From positions 5,520,001 to 5,584,000 of the forward strand of contig NC_087438.1 of assembly GCF_036321535.1 (NCBI RefSeq): a DNA stretch of 64,000 nt, in the 5' to 3' direction. The translations under genes and the position numbers were made by a program. This stretch comes from Camelus dromedarius. Lineage: Eukaryota. Under the pieces are notes generated by a model, which saw only the letters and a program-made list of their open reading frames with translations, was not told the DNA's origin and did not search any database. Shown here in pieces: positions 11,508 to 24,795 of the stretch; within the stretch, counting starts at the first letter, position 1; every line of letters begins with the position of its first letter.

Positions 11508-12795
11508 AAGACTCAGACATGTTAATCTAGCTCATTTTATGTTCCTATTTTTCTTGATTTTAATTGAATCATTATTGGTACTCTCTTCTTGAATTCATTT
11601 TACTTAATCTTGATTTCTTCAGTGTATTATTGATGGGAATTATGTCTGGTTAACATCACCCACTTACTGGCTTATACTGCTTATTTACAGTGAATCTGCA
11701 TTTCTCTTTTAAGATCCCAAGGGCCCAACCTCCCAAGTCACTGCCTGAGACTGAACCACACACAGGAGGGGCAGTGGCTTTACTGATCTTTCAGGATTAT
11801 CACAATACTCAGGAAGGAATTGTTTTCGGCTCTTGACTGAATTCTTCACAAAGCCCAGTGGGTTTCTTGGCTCAGTCCCCTGTGGTTGTTGAGTTGTGTA
11901 CAAATTGATTCTTTAATGATTAATTCCAGCATTTCTAATGTGTATTGAATTTGAGCTATTTGTGTCCACATTTCTGAAGCTTTTCCTTTCACTTTTTTCC
12001 TCTTATGCTTTATCAATTGCTTGGATCCTATCTGCTTTTACAGTAACTGCTGAAAACCCAATAATTAATCTGCATGGTCACAATTCTTAGTGGCGCCATG
12101 GTTATCTGACCCATAAATGTTCACTTGGGGCTCACTGAAACTTCTCAGTGACATATGCAGATAAAGCGCAGGTACACACGTTGCAGAAGATACCCCATGT
12201 CCGATTCTTTCTATCCTGCAAACTCCCTGTTTAGAAACAACCAGAACCTGTATGACTAGACTTCTGACCAACTGTAAAGCACAACCCCCTGCGGACAAGA
12301 AGATTAAAGAACAGTTTGGTTATCATGTAGTCAGTTACACAAACCTCTTCTACCCCTACACACAGGAAAAAAAGGAGGAAACAAAACTAATCACTGAATG
12401 TGGTTTCAATCATGTCGATTAAATGGGGATCATTTAGAGCAGTGATTTAGTTAAATTGTTGCACTTAACAATGGGTGGTCTGGCACAGAGATAGCTAGAA
12501 GTAGAAACAATGTAGCCTATAATTTTGATGTTAATTTCAGCCTTGACAGATGCTAAGTCCTACCAGGAAGTCCTGGTTAGGAGGGAGAGAAATGACATAT
12601 TTCCAGCTACCCTGAAAGGCAGTGATGTACTGGAGATGCTTAAAACTGCAGCTGTGTGTTTCTTTTCATAATACGTTTATGATTAAATGTAACTCTGAGA
12701 AGGAGGGGAGAAGAGGCTCATTTTGTTAGGTTTAAGGTTCTGCAAAGTGAGGAAAATCATAGTGGAAAAGTAGTCATGGGATAAAAGAATTTAGC

Positions 12796-13309
12796 GTTTG
12801 TATCACTTAAAAAAAGGATACAAATGGTGGGGGAGTGTATAGCTCAGTGGCAGAGCACATGGGTAGCATACATGAGGTCCTGGGTTCAATCCCCTGTACC
12901 TCCATAAAAACATGAATTAAAATAAAAATAAAATAAACCTAATTACCCCCCCCCAATGGATACAGATGAACTTATTTACAAACTAGAAATAGACTCACAG
13001 ACATGGAAAATAAACTATGGTTACCAAAGGGGAAGGGGTTGGGGGGGGAGGGATAAATTAGGAGTTTGGGGTTAACATATACATACTACTACATATAAAA
13101 TAAACAACAAGGATTACTGTATAGCACAAGGAACTATATTCAATATCTTATAATAACATATAATGGAAAAGAATCTGAAAAAAATATAAATATATTTATG
13201 TGTTACGTATAACTGACTCACTTTTCTGTACACCTGAAACTAGCACAACATTGTAAATCAACTATACTTCAATACAAATAAATTTAAAAGAAGTAATTGA
13301 TAGGTTAAC
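12796..13309 (+). mobile_element. L1 3' fragment (older family) with a 13-bp TSD, interrupted by a SINE
   Basis: Sense L1 3'UTR ending aaatcaactatacttcaata. Flanking direct repeat aaaagaatttagc at 12783-12795 and 13310-13322. Confidence 0.88.
12827..12957 (+). mobile_element. tRNA-Ala-derived SINE (Vic-1-like)
   Basis: A box tagctcagtgg, B box ggttcaatccc, tail aaataaacctaattacccc. TSD ggatacaaatg/ggatacagatg. Confidence 0.88.
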
Positions 13310-14199
13310 AAAAGAATTTAGCATCAGTTTCTATATGTATAAATACTCTTAGTCTTAACATGTGCTAGTAAATTACCATCTGAAGACCTAAGACCTGCTG
13401 TCGTTTGTGTATGAACTGCGGGCTACGCTTGTAAGCTGGATGATTTCCTTGTCAGCATGAAAACATGCCTGGCCAAAGAGTTCCGGAGGTTACCAATATC
13501 TCTCAATGGATGTTTTAAAGAGAGAATAAACGTGTTGTATCAAGTAACTACGAAAGGACATACAAAGAAAGTTGAGTTTGTGCTCAGAGTGGGACAGAAA
13601 AGAGTGAGGGGATATCAGTGAGATAAAAGCAAGAATTCCCGGTTCCACCAGGAGAGAAAGTGCTTCTTCTGGGATGTCATCTCCACAGCAGTTTGCAGGA
13701 GAGAATATAGGTACAGTGTCACCTGGTCATATCAGGAATGCCATGTGAAAGAAGGATTGTGCATACAAGAGAAGACTGAAGACATGTTTATTTTCCAGAT
13801 GTGAAATAATGTAATATGACCTGAAACATTTCTTTAAAAATTCAAATTTGTTTAGCATTGATAGCAAATACAAAGCTGAAAGAATAACATGAAGAGAAAT
13901 TGAGCAGATTTATTTTATATCTAAAAAGAGTAGGCTTTTATTTTATCCATATCATGACTTCAAAATCAGCACTGCAGAGCCCTGCAGGGACAGTTCTCTG
14001 ATGGTTGGAAGCTAGGTGTTGGTGTATTTGTGCATGTTTTATTTTATTTTTTGTTTTACTTGCACTTGACCTGCTTTTCCCCACACTGGAGATGGCTAGT
14101 AGGATCCACATGTGCTGCAGAGAGAATTCTTTGAAGGAAAATTCAGACAACTGGCTGCTCATGTGGCCATCATGGAGGAAGAGATGCATGTTGAATGTA

Positions 14200-14400
14200 G
14201 TTGGAAGATTCCTCCTCAGACGAAACCCCAACTCGCACTAGCTTGAGGTGAAAGAGAATGTAAAGGCTCAAAGAACAGAGAAGGCCAGCTTCAGACATGG
14301 CTGGATCCAGGGGCTCTGTCTTTCACTTATGCCCTCTGGATGGGCATTATCTTTAAGACTTCTCTATTCATGCCACACCCAAGAAGTGGTCCTCGGTCAA
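14200..14400 (-). mobile_element. Old MaLR LTR fragment, MLT1K-like
   Basis: aaaccccaactcgcactagcttg...gcttcagacatggctggatccagggg. Confidence 0.45.
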
Positions 14401-15413
14401 CTGGAGATCTGCATGGTCTGTGGTACACGTGTATAAAATGGGACTAGCAATCCCTGCTTCACAGAGGGCTATAAGAGTTAAATTAGACACTGCAGATAAA
14501 GAACCCAACACCAGATGGGATCTGCTGCAGGAGAAATACAGACTCTGACTCAAGACCATCACATGGCGGAGGTATTTTTGTGTTTATAATAGTCAACACT
14601 GGCCTTCCTGGGGCCCATCAGTGGCTTGTGGAGAAATTAGACACTGTTCTGATTGCAAGACTTCAGGAAAATTAACGTTCTTGTGATGAACACAGTATCA
14701 AGGGAAACGGTGATGCAACATCTGAAGCCCAGCGCAGGAGTAAGCCTCCATCACCATTTCTGTCCATCATTCCCCCTCCACATGGTGGGTCTGGATCCCC
14801 TTCCCCCCAGGCTCGCCCGCACTGTCCTCCCCTCCACTCTCACACCATGACACCCAGGGAGCACGTCCCAGCAGCCCCAGCGGCCTCTCTCCAGGGGCCC
14901 GTCTGATGATGCTCTGCGCACTTCCACACACTAGTCAGCCAGTGTGTGTGGACTCCGCTCCATAGAGCTCCCTCCTCTTGGTATCATAAACACTACAAAT
15001 CTTGCATGTCTTTAACCCATATCCTGTGTCAGTTATTAAGAAAAAAATGCATATGTAACTCTATCTTAATCACTAACTGAGGAAATTGTAGAAGACTCTC
15101 TGAGTTTGTTCTACTAAATATTTATCACCCATCTTCCATTTCTAACTCAGATTTTGTTTGGAGTTCAACTTTCACTTATGTGGAGTACCTAGAGTAGAGG
15201 CCAGACCTCAGGGACAGAGGGCAGGACGGTGGTTGGCAGAGGCTGGGGCTGGGGGGTTGTCGTTTAGTGGTAGAGCTACGGGGGTCCCTGGGTGCCTCAA
15301 TACAGGGTTTCAAATGTGTGTTTTGGGAAAAGACGGATATGAGTAGGTTGAGGAGTGAGCTGAGGAGTGAGTTGAGGGTGGTGGCAAGGAAATGCAGAGA
15401 GCACCAGGAGAAG

Positions 15414-16030
15414 GGTAGCCAAGTCCAAGCTCGTACCAGTTGCCACACGACAGGCAATGACTCAGCACACAACATACTGGTGCAAGGAAAAGCGACTTGA
15501 CTCAGAAAGTCAGGAAACCAAGAAGATGGCGGATCAATGTCCTACAGAACCGTGTTAATTTGGGGTGGAGTTAAGCTTCTTTTATGCTAGGGAAGAGGGA
15601 AACAGGGGGCCTGATCAGTTCATGGACATTCTTCTGGTTGGTTGGTGGTGAGATAACAAGGTGATGTTTCCAGAATCTCAGTTATCAGTTTTCTGACTCC
15701 AACTAGTCTGGGGTCTTTGTGCTGGTGGTCAGCGTGCAGTGGAAGCAACTGGTGGGGGCTTCAGTGTCTGCAAAACAGCTCAAAGACATGGCTCAGGACC
15801 TTACCTACTGCCCTTGAGGAGGAACCGATGGTCCTTGACTTTGTCACACGGCTGAACTATTGTTATTCTGTCTTGCTTGACTGTTCTCCTTTGTTTCCGC
15901 ATTTTCTCACCGCTCTGATCAAATTTGCTCTTTGAAATTGGGGAAGGCCTAGGAGCCTAAAGCTTTTCTACAAACAAGAGGAGGGGTTCATGGGGGTAGG
16001 GTCTGTCCCTGGGAAGGCTCCTCAGTCTGT
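15414..16030 (-). mobile_element. Lineage ERV1-type solo LTR related to 10308 and 44228
   Basis: The first ~170 bp (tccaagctcgtacc...accaagaagatggcgga...cttttatgctag) are homologous to the other two copies. Confidence 0.65.
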
Positions 16031-17616
16031 CTGGTAGAATTTTAAGAAGATTATGGTGGGAAAAAGATCCTTATGAGCAACCAGGGGGATTAGGCAATGA
16101 GAGGGGTATGCAGCGTCAAGGGCTTCACATTTTGGATAGAAGATTCTTGCGCAGGTTTTAATGCTGATGAGTAGGCAGAGAAGGTAACATTGACTGTGGA
16201 ACAGAAAGAAGGTAAGTGATAGATCGGGGTGCCCAGGAATTGAGAGGTGGTGTGGGTGAGCCTCTGAGCACCGGGGGAGAAGTTGGAGGAAACAAGGCAG
16301 GGGCAGCTGCTCCTGCTTAACAGGGGGCAAGAAAAAAATCTATAAATGAAAGTGTAGGCGAGTTTGTAGAACTGATAATACAAATCTGAGACAGATCAAT
16401 GGCCATTCTCACAGAGAGGCAAGAAACAAGAGCTTCTATTGAAAAATGCGTGGGAATTTTAGGAGATGGGGGAATGTTTGAAAGAATCATCACAGAGGAT
16501 GAGCAAGGGAGTTGGTTATGGCTTGGAGATGTCAATGAATAATAAAGGAGTGAAGTCTCCTTCCATTTGGTTTGTTTTAATGTGGAGAGAATTTTCTCCT
16601 GAAGATTTCTGTGTTCAGTGTAAAAGCATATCATCTTTTTTATTCACAAAGTTTTGTAATGATTGTGAGTGACAACATTAGAAAACTCCCTTCTTAATAA
16701 GATGGGGTTTATCTCTCTACTGGTTCTTGCTTTTCCCATTTACCGCTTCATTAAGCACCTGCTAGTGTTGGATAGACAGCCCCGAGTTTTCATAAATACA
16801 TATATAACAGACACAAAAATTAAACATGTGAAAGAACTAATACTAGTGCATTTCAATCCCCCTTTACCTACTTCTGCCTGGGAGTATAAATGACTGGAAA
16901 AGTCATGTTTGATCTGCATAATTCAACGTAAGAAAGCAGCGAGCAAGAAGACAGTTAAAATAGTAAAAATAAGCTGCATTGCTGAGCAAGTTTATAAAAT
17001 TACGACTGTAGCTGTGTGGTAACCTCCATGTGCGCCCTACTTTTCATTTTTCTAGAAATAATCATAATTGTTGATTTATGATTATTTGGCTCATGAGCCA
17101 AGGAGACCTACAGAAACTCCTGCAGCCAAGTCCTTCACGGTGGGTGTCAGTCTTTCACTCACTGTCAGAATGTGAAGGGATTCTGGATGCAGAACTTTTG
17201 TTAGGTATGTGTTTTGAGGGCACACTTCCCACTCTGGCCTTTCACTTTCTACTGTTCAGTAGAAGTTCATAATTTTACTGTAATCTGATATAGCAGTGTC
17301 TCCCTTTATGGGTAATGTTTAGTGTGTTCTGTTTAGGAACGTTTAGCCTACTCCCAAGTTCAAAGAATATCCTCACGTGTTGCTCTGTAGAACTTTTACC
17401 ATTCTTTTATCACTCGGATCTAGAATCCACTTGGAACTGATTTTTGTCTATGGTAGAAAGTGGAAGCCAACATATTTTTTTCCACGTGAATGTCCATTTG
17501 GTCCATCATGAATTATTCAAAAGACTGTCCTTTCCCCCATGGTGGGTAAACCTCTCATATTTTGTGCTTTTGTTGCCTTCCATTTTCATTCTGTAGATGT
17601 TTCAAAACCAACAGAA

Positions 17617-17674
<58 letters not shown>
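17617..17674. repeat. (TAT)19 microsatellite
   Basis: Read directly; it produces the poly-Y and poly-L ORFs. Confidence 0.97.
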
Positions 17675-17901
17675 GTATAAAGTCCATATTCTTCCAGACT
17701 TACCCACATATTTATCATTTTCTTACTTTTCATTACTTCTGTTGACTTTATGCTTCCTTCTGGGATCATTTTTTTCTTTTTTTAGGGAGGTGTCTTCTGG
17801 TTACAAATTCTACCAGGTTTTGTTTGTTTAAAAATGTCTTTATTTTGCCTTTATTTAATAGGCATAGATCTAAAGTGATCATTATGTTCTTTCAACACTT
17901 T

Positions 17902-17998
17902 ATTTATTTATTTATTTTAAGTGGAGGCACTGGGAATTGAACCAGGACCCCGTGCATTCTAAGCATGGGCTCTGCCACTGAGCCACACCCTCTCCCCA
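17902..17998 (-). mobile_element. tRNA-Ala-derived SINE (Vic-1-like) with a 12-bp TSD
   Basis: Antisense tRNA head tggaggcactgggaattgaacc...ccactgagc. TSD tttcaacacttt at 17890-17901 and 17999-18010. Confidence 0.88.
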
Positions 17999-18679
17999 TT
18001 TCAACACTTTGAATATTGCATCCTCAGACCCTCTGTCCTCACGTGTCTCTGTTGGGAAGTCTTCTTCTCCTAGAAAACACAGGCATGAGCCTGAAGGATT
18101 TATGGGAAATGGGAAAAAGGCTTAACATGTGTTGAACTGGGGCTCCAACATGGGAGAACAGGAGAAAAGAGGGCAAGCAATATTTGAGTAATTAAGACCT
18201 AAAACTAAAAAAACTGATGAGAGATATCAAGCCATAGATTAAAATACACAGTATCTCCGACACAAACTTTGTATGAAGAGGAACAACCAAGGGTTAGCCT
18301 GGTAAAACTGACAAAAACTCAGCGGGAAAATCACAAAAGCAGCCTTTGATGTGAACGCACACGCACATGGACACGCACACGCACACAGATGGTTCTTTTT
18401 GTTTGTTTCCAAGCCTTTCTAGTTGCTCTTAGTGGGAGAGTTGGTCTGCAACAAGCACATGCACAATTTCCAAAAAATAAGAAAATACACTAATAGCTTT
18501 TTCAAAAATACAGCCAGGTCACTATGAGGTCAGATAATAGATACCAAGGTCATTTAACACACACTCTACTTTCGTGCATCCTTTATCCCTTAGTCCACAG
18601 AACCCGCACAAACGCCTGGTGTGGAAGGACGGCGGGTCCGCGGTTAGCAAGGAGGAGTCAGAAGGCTCAGGCCGCAGCA

Positions 18680-18880
18680 GGAAGAGACTGGACTGGGAGT
18701 CAGAAAGCCTGGCCAGAAGTTGCCAAGCTTGAGCTTTGGAGCCACGATGGAGTCATTACTTCTCTTCCCTTACCTGTGAAATAGAGCCAGTAATGGCTCT
18801 TCCTTCTTCATGGCATTGGTGTGCTCATCAAAATCAAAATGAGAGACTGATATGAGCTTTATGTAAACTTGGAAGAGTTT
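18680..18880 (+). mobile_element. MIR relic
   Basis: ctggactgggagtcagaaagcctgg...cctgtgaaatagag. Confidence 0.45.
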
Positions 18881-20749
18881 CAGAAAGGGGATTTATAACT
18901 ATTATTTTTCTCCTTAGAATTATGTTACTCAACATAGAGAACAGAAATATCTACATGAGAAAACAAAACTAAATTTATCATTTGAATAATTTTATATTAT
19001 CTGTAGAATTCAGGCTACATAAAATGCCCATTTTCCCCCCCTAATCCTCAAAAATACATGAATTGTGGATGTCCAGAGAAGATACGCTATTTTGCATCAC
19101 TGACCCTGAGCAGGGAGGCTTCAGTTACAGCTGGCTCTGACCAGTGAGAAATGTGGGAGAAGCTGAGACTACTGATGCCCCAGGTCTGTCTTCCCTTCCC
19201 CAGACACAGCACTTCACAAGGGCGTGGTGTCTCTGCGAAGTCCGTGCTGAAACTCATGGGAAGTTGGGACCATCTCCATCTGTTCCTTAGGAGGGAGAAT
19301 TCAGTACATTACTGGGTAGTAGAAAATCACTCATCTCCTGGGAACAAGTTGATTCATTATTATTTATGACTTTAGTCACATTTTAAATTCTGGAGAAGAG
19401 GCTTAATGCAAATACACAACATTACTGGTGTTGTCACTCAGTCTGTTTCTAATGGATTTGGGATAAATAGGATCTTTAACACTAGCAAAAGAGAGCGGTA
19501 CTGCTGTATGGATGTAATGGTGTAAACTCAAATTTATTTTTATTTGTATCTGGGTGAATAAAAGATGCATTACGAAATGAATCAATCACTTCGCAAGTTG
19601 GAAAGAAAGGAATTTATGGAAACATTTGCTGAGAAAATCACTTAAGAGAGTGAGGAATTACAGACGCCTTATCCGCTCCTTGTGAGAGAGCAGGCTTCCT
19701 CATTCCCTGCCAACTCTTGAGAACAGAGTATGATGAGAGTGGATAAAAACTGAGAGAGAGAGATTTTAAGGGGTATTAATAATGAAGAGGGGATGACAAG
19801 TTGAAATGTGGTGATGATTGAAATCTGAAAGCACTGTAATTGCAGATTCTGTTGGCTGGCATTTTACTGGAGAACGCTATCTGATTTTACTGATGTTTCT
19901 ACAGTGTGAAGTTTCTTTCATGACTGCTGTCCTTAGAAAAATGATCGAAGTGCTGTTTTTATTGAGTTGAAGTTAAAGTGATGAAAACCTGCCATTTCTT
20001 GCAAACTAACAACATACTTCTCATTAAGGCAATGAAAGAGAAAAAGAAAATGGAGTAAAAAATCAGAGTAGAGATATAATGAAAATAATTATGGCAACTT
20101 AAAGGAAGAAAATATAAATACTCCAACCAAAGACACATGTAGGGAAACTTCAGAAAAGTTCCAGAGGCAAATATCAATTTATGATACTGAGGTTGGAGTG
20201 TAAACACAAATTCTTATTAGATTCAATTAATATGAGAGAAATGCAATGGTTACGTAAATTGACTGTTCACTGCTGAGTAAAATAGTAACCACTTTTCTCT
20301 CCTGTCCCCGAGCGATCCCTTGCCTTCATTTCTTGCTGTGAAATTGGTGGAATTACATTGCTCTTTCTGGGAGAAAAAGAAAGGATCAACATATTTCAAA
20401 TCAACTCTGATAATTTTCAAAAATTATCAATCTAGCAAAAGGATTCATGTTATTTCCTACTTTTTATTTTTGTTTCCACACTGGACGATGATGAGACAGC
20501 CTGGCTGTTATCACTGGAGCAAACTCACCTGGCCATTCTACCTGCAGAATATGTCCTGACTCCACCTACCTCCTTCCCTCCCTCTGGGTCCAGTCTTCCC
20601 CCTTCACATCCCAGTGCCCAGGATGCTGTCCTCCCAGGAGTGAGATCCCTCCTCCCCCTCCCCTCCCAGGAGTGAGATGCTCCCTCCCCCCTCACACCTG
20701 GTTGCAGGGATGCTGTCCTTGCTGACCTAGCTTCACCCACCTGCTCCCC

Positions 20750-21300
20750 TTCTGTGTACTCTGTGCAGAGCAGCTGAAGTGACCTTTCCACACCGTGGCT
20801 GGATCCTAACCCCCTGTGACAGCCCTCCATGGATCCCCACTGCATGTGGGTTAAAACAAACAATCTCTCATATGCCCTCTCTCCCGACCCCTGACCCCCC
20901 CCTTGCTCTCTGAAGTCCAGCCACGGTGGTCCCTTGTCTTATCAGAGGGTGTTGGCATGAACCTGCCCCTCCCCCTCCTGAGGCCATGGCCTGGCCTGCC
21001 TCGCCTCCACCCATCCCGCCCATCTCATCCCCCCGGCAGAGGGCTCTTCTTGACCCTCAGCCAAACCAGTGCCCCCACCCCTGAGAGTTGTCTCTCATGG
21101 CTGCCTATTCTTTACATTTACAGGATTTACCACAGTGTAAGATACACATTTATTCGTTTTCTTGTGCATTTAGCACCTGTCTCCCTTCTTGATGGAGAGC
21201 TCTTCGAAGGCAGGAACCAAATTCCTTCTGTTCGTGGAGGCAGACGTTGTGCCTAGCACAAGGCCTAGGGTCGTTTGTCTAAACGTTGGTTGAATGAATA
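20750..21300 (+). mobile_element. L2 LINE 3' relic
   Basis: gagctcttcgaaggcagg...gtgcctagcaca...gttggttgaatgaata, the L2 3' terminus. Confidence 0.6.
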
Positions 21301-21399
21301 CCTGACCGAGGATCCTCAGACACTGTGGTCTGAATCATCCACGAGAGCCCAGTGATTCTTTTTCTGTTAGAACCTAACTTCTCTTTAGACAAACTGCAA

Positions 21400-21565
21400 A
21401 ACGCTTTGCTTGTTGCCTTTGAATCCCACAAACACCTGTGAGGTTAAAAGGGTAGTTATTCCCATTTTTACAGATGAGGAACTTGAGGTCAGAGATCAAA
21501 TAACTTGTCCTGAGTTCCACAGGAAGTGGCAGACCCTGGCCTCGAGCCCGGCTCTGTTGTGCTCC
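21400..21565 (-). mobile_element. MIR SINE
   Basis: Antisense core cccatttttacagatgaggaacttgagg. Confidence 0.7.
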
Positions 21566-22236
21566 CGCCCGGTGGTATCCTTCACAGTAGTGGCCTGTCG
21601 TCCAGTGAATACTGATCGAGCTTCACTCGTCTTTTGGCCCCACCATCAAAGCAGTACAGTGAGCACCTTGATCCACAGGCAAGTGAGAATGCCCAAAGTC
21701 ACATTTACTTCCCAATCAGCTGCTCCCAGTTCTGGTGTCCTGGAAGCCTGTGACATGCTAAAGAAAACCAAAAAACAGTTTTGACTCTCTACTTTGAATA
21801 TAATATCACATTTCTCTCAGCAATAGAGAAACATAGAATTATCTCTGGGTAGAAATGAGAAAAACTGATGCTCAGAGGAATGAGAGAAACTGCCTCCTGT
21901 CACACAACTGATAAATATCCGGGTAGGAGTGTGAACTCTGGTGTCCATGACTTCCTCCAAAGCCGTGCTTTCCCCACTGAACAGCATAATCTTAAACCCC
22001 AGAGAGTAACCCTTTGTGTCCCCACATCCTCCCATGAAGCAAAATACATTGACAGCGTCACAAGGAATTTTCATATCACATAAATATTCAAACGCACAAT
22101 GCCTGCTAGGTTCCTCGGCAATGCCTACTGATCATTATGCATTTAGGTGCCAGTAATTCATGCTTTTTCCCCAGAAAGATGACCATTGATTTTGATGACA
22201 TGTGAAAGGAGCTTGAATTAAGGCAAACACACAGGT

Positions 22237-22709
22237 TATATTAGTCTGCTCAGGTGGCTGCATCCAAACACCGCAGACTGAGGGCCTTAAACAATAGAAA
22301 TTAATTTTCTTACAGTTCTGGAGGCCAGAAGTCCAAGGTCAAGGTGCCGTCAGGGCTCGGTTCTGGTGGGGACTCTCTCTGTCTTGCAGATGGCACCTGG
22401 CTTGGTGTTTTCACACAGGCTGTCCTCCGTGTGTGTGTGTGTGTGTGTGTGTGTTGGGGGGTGGCGAGGCAGGGAGAAGGAGAGAGAGAGGGAGGGAGAA
22501 AAAGAGAGAGAGAGAGTGAGAGAGAGAGATGGAGATAGAGAGATCGCTGGTGTCTCTCTCTCTTCCTATAAGGACACCTACCATGTTGGACTAGGGTCCC
22601 AGCCTTACGGCCTCATTTGACCCAATTACCTCCTCCAGGGCCCTGTCTGATACTGGAGGTTAGGAATTCAACATATGAATTTGGTAGGAACACAAGACAG
22701 TTCATAGCA
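22237..22709 (-). mobile_element. MLT1A-like solo LTR with internal (TG)n and (GA)n tracts
   Basis: ttaaacaatagaaattaattttcttacagttctggaggccagaagtccaaggtcaagg...ttcaacatatgaatttgg...catagca. Confidence 0.85.
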
Positions 22710-24310
22710 AAGGCCCAATCTGCTTATACTTTTCCTGTTTTGAACTTTCCGTGGGGAGGTCAGTTGCCTTCTGACGTGACCGCCTACATTTCCAGGGCCT
22801 GTTTTCGTGATAACAGAGGTCAAAGGAGCGCTTTCTGAAGCGTTGCATAAAAACAACCTAGCTTTGGGGAGTTTAAGCGGACCACGCTATCCTACTCATT
22901 TTTAAACCCTGAAAATTCTTTCTACGCCAGGGTTTCAGGGAGAGGCTGATACTGTGTTTACCTCAGTACTGGGGCTGCTCTGTGTTCGTTTTGCCACATT
23001 CTGTACAACATTGTACACTGACTGTACGTCAATAAGAAGATGAAAATAAAAATAAATAAAAATTAAAGAGTTAAAAGAAAAAAATTATATTTCAATGGGG
23101 AATAACAAAGCCATGGATTTCCATTAGTTTACATTCTTATATAACTTTATTCTAAAATGACGGCTGGTAATTCATGGTTCCAACACCTGACTTTCCCTAA
23201 CTGGAAGGAAAAATACTACTTTTAATGCTTTCACTCAAAATGTTTTCATCCTAACAAACATGAATGGTATTCTTCAAGTCAGTTTACAAGCGCCAAATCT
23301 GTAATTTACTTCTGTTATTCAAAGCCTTTAGCTAGCTTTGTCTTTCAATGGAAAACGTTCAGTCATATTAATAATTCACGGTTTTAAACACTGGATAACA
23401 TAAGATATTCAAACACAGAAAATATTCAAATTTACTTAAAAAAACGGTGACCGATCCATGCTATTTGGCTCGCTAACTACTGAGTAATTAGTTCACTGTT
23501 CCAGAAGTCCAGGAGCTAGAGGGAAACGCTAAGGCTGTGAATTCAGTCCCAGCAGTCAGCCTGCCTTGTCAGACTCCGAGCCGGTTTCATACGACTCTGT
23601 GAGGGGGATTTAAGGCAGCTTGCTGGCGCTGGGAGCAGCCACCCCTCTGGGCATAAAGTGCATTGTGCCACAAGGAAAGAAAACCTGCCTTCCTGCCATA
23701 AATACTGGTCAGTCTGTTTTGCTTAAAATGCGTTACAGATTTCAGTCATTTATTTGTCCATCATTAAGATTTTGTTGTATTTGAGGGCAAACGTTAGGTG
23801 GTGAGAATAGCACAGAATGCTAAGTAAGGACTCCTCTCAGGAGCCTAAAATCTATTTAAGGACATCAGATACCCACACAGATGTCTATGATACAAGGAAA
23901 AGAGGCCGCGTCTGTCAGAGTCCACACCGCAGGAAAGTCAGAGGAAAGAAAGATCGACGCTGCCCAGAGTGTCAGTTATCTTTTGGACCGAGGAGCAATT
24001 GGGTTTGTCCTTGAAGGATGATATTCGGGGGGAACGGCTGTTTCCCACTCCTGATGTTTCCTCCTGTGTGGGGGGAGCCCGGTCAGCGTGACCCCCTGGC
24101 CCTGCTCAGCTTTCCTCTCTCTGCTGAGGATCTAGCGCATCGCTGAATTGGTGGTGAGGCGGGCTGTCCTGCTGGCTAAGCGCCTGCCTGTTCCCCTGGG
24201 ACTGACTTCACCTGCAGGCAGCGCGGTTCTCTCTGCTCCTTCATGGTGTCTTACCTGGGCAGGTGGGTCGGCGTCCAGAGGCCGGGATTTACCATCACCT
24301 ATGACTGGGC

Positions 24311-24795
24311 TGCGGACCAAGAAAATGCACAGCGTGAGAGTGGTGAGTTAAGATTTACTTGGGGCAAAATGAGGGCTTTAGCCTGAGAGACAGCGTCTCC
24401 GAGAGCTCCAAGGGACCGCTCCGAAGAGGCGGGGGAAGGTCAGTGCGTCTGTGATTTTGGTGAAGAAGGGGGTACATGCAACCAAGTGCACATTTTTGCA
24501 GAAGGTTGCTGCTCATCTCATGAAGGTTACTGCTAGTCACGGGGAGCAGATGGCTCCATGAATGATTTAGTGCCGTTCTAGATATGAGGAGATGCAAGAA
24601 ATTGGGCTCATGAAATCTTCTGAAAATATCTAACCCTCTGAAGGCCTGTTCTGCCAGTTTTCCCAGAGCACAGAGCGCCTCCTTCCTGACCTCCGCCCTG
24701 AGCTCCTTCCAGGGTGTGTTGAAGGCCACTGACTTCAGCAACTTGTGATTTAATCTTTGTAGAGGTAGATGGCAAGTGCCAATTTTTAGTTGGCA
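24311..24795 (-). mobile_element. MER41-like artiodactyl ERV1 solo LTR
   Basis: TG...CA ends with a 4-bp flank gggc/gggt. Motifs ttctagatatgaggagatgcaagaa and gtagaggtagatggcaagtgccaa. Confidence 0.7.

Larger units (their letters stand above)
17270..18060 (-). mobile_element. Old L1M fragments
   Basis: tccacttggaactgatttttgtctatggt, aaaagactgtcctttcccc, aaaatgtctttattttgcc. Confidence 0.55.

Noticed and set aside
17539..17831. Poly-Tyr and poly-Leu ORFs
   Set aside because: They are translations of (TAT)n.
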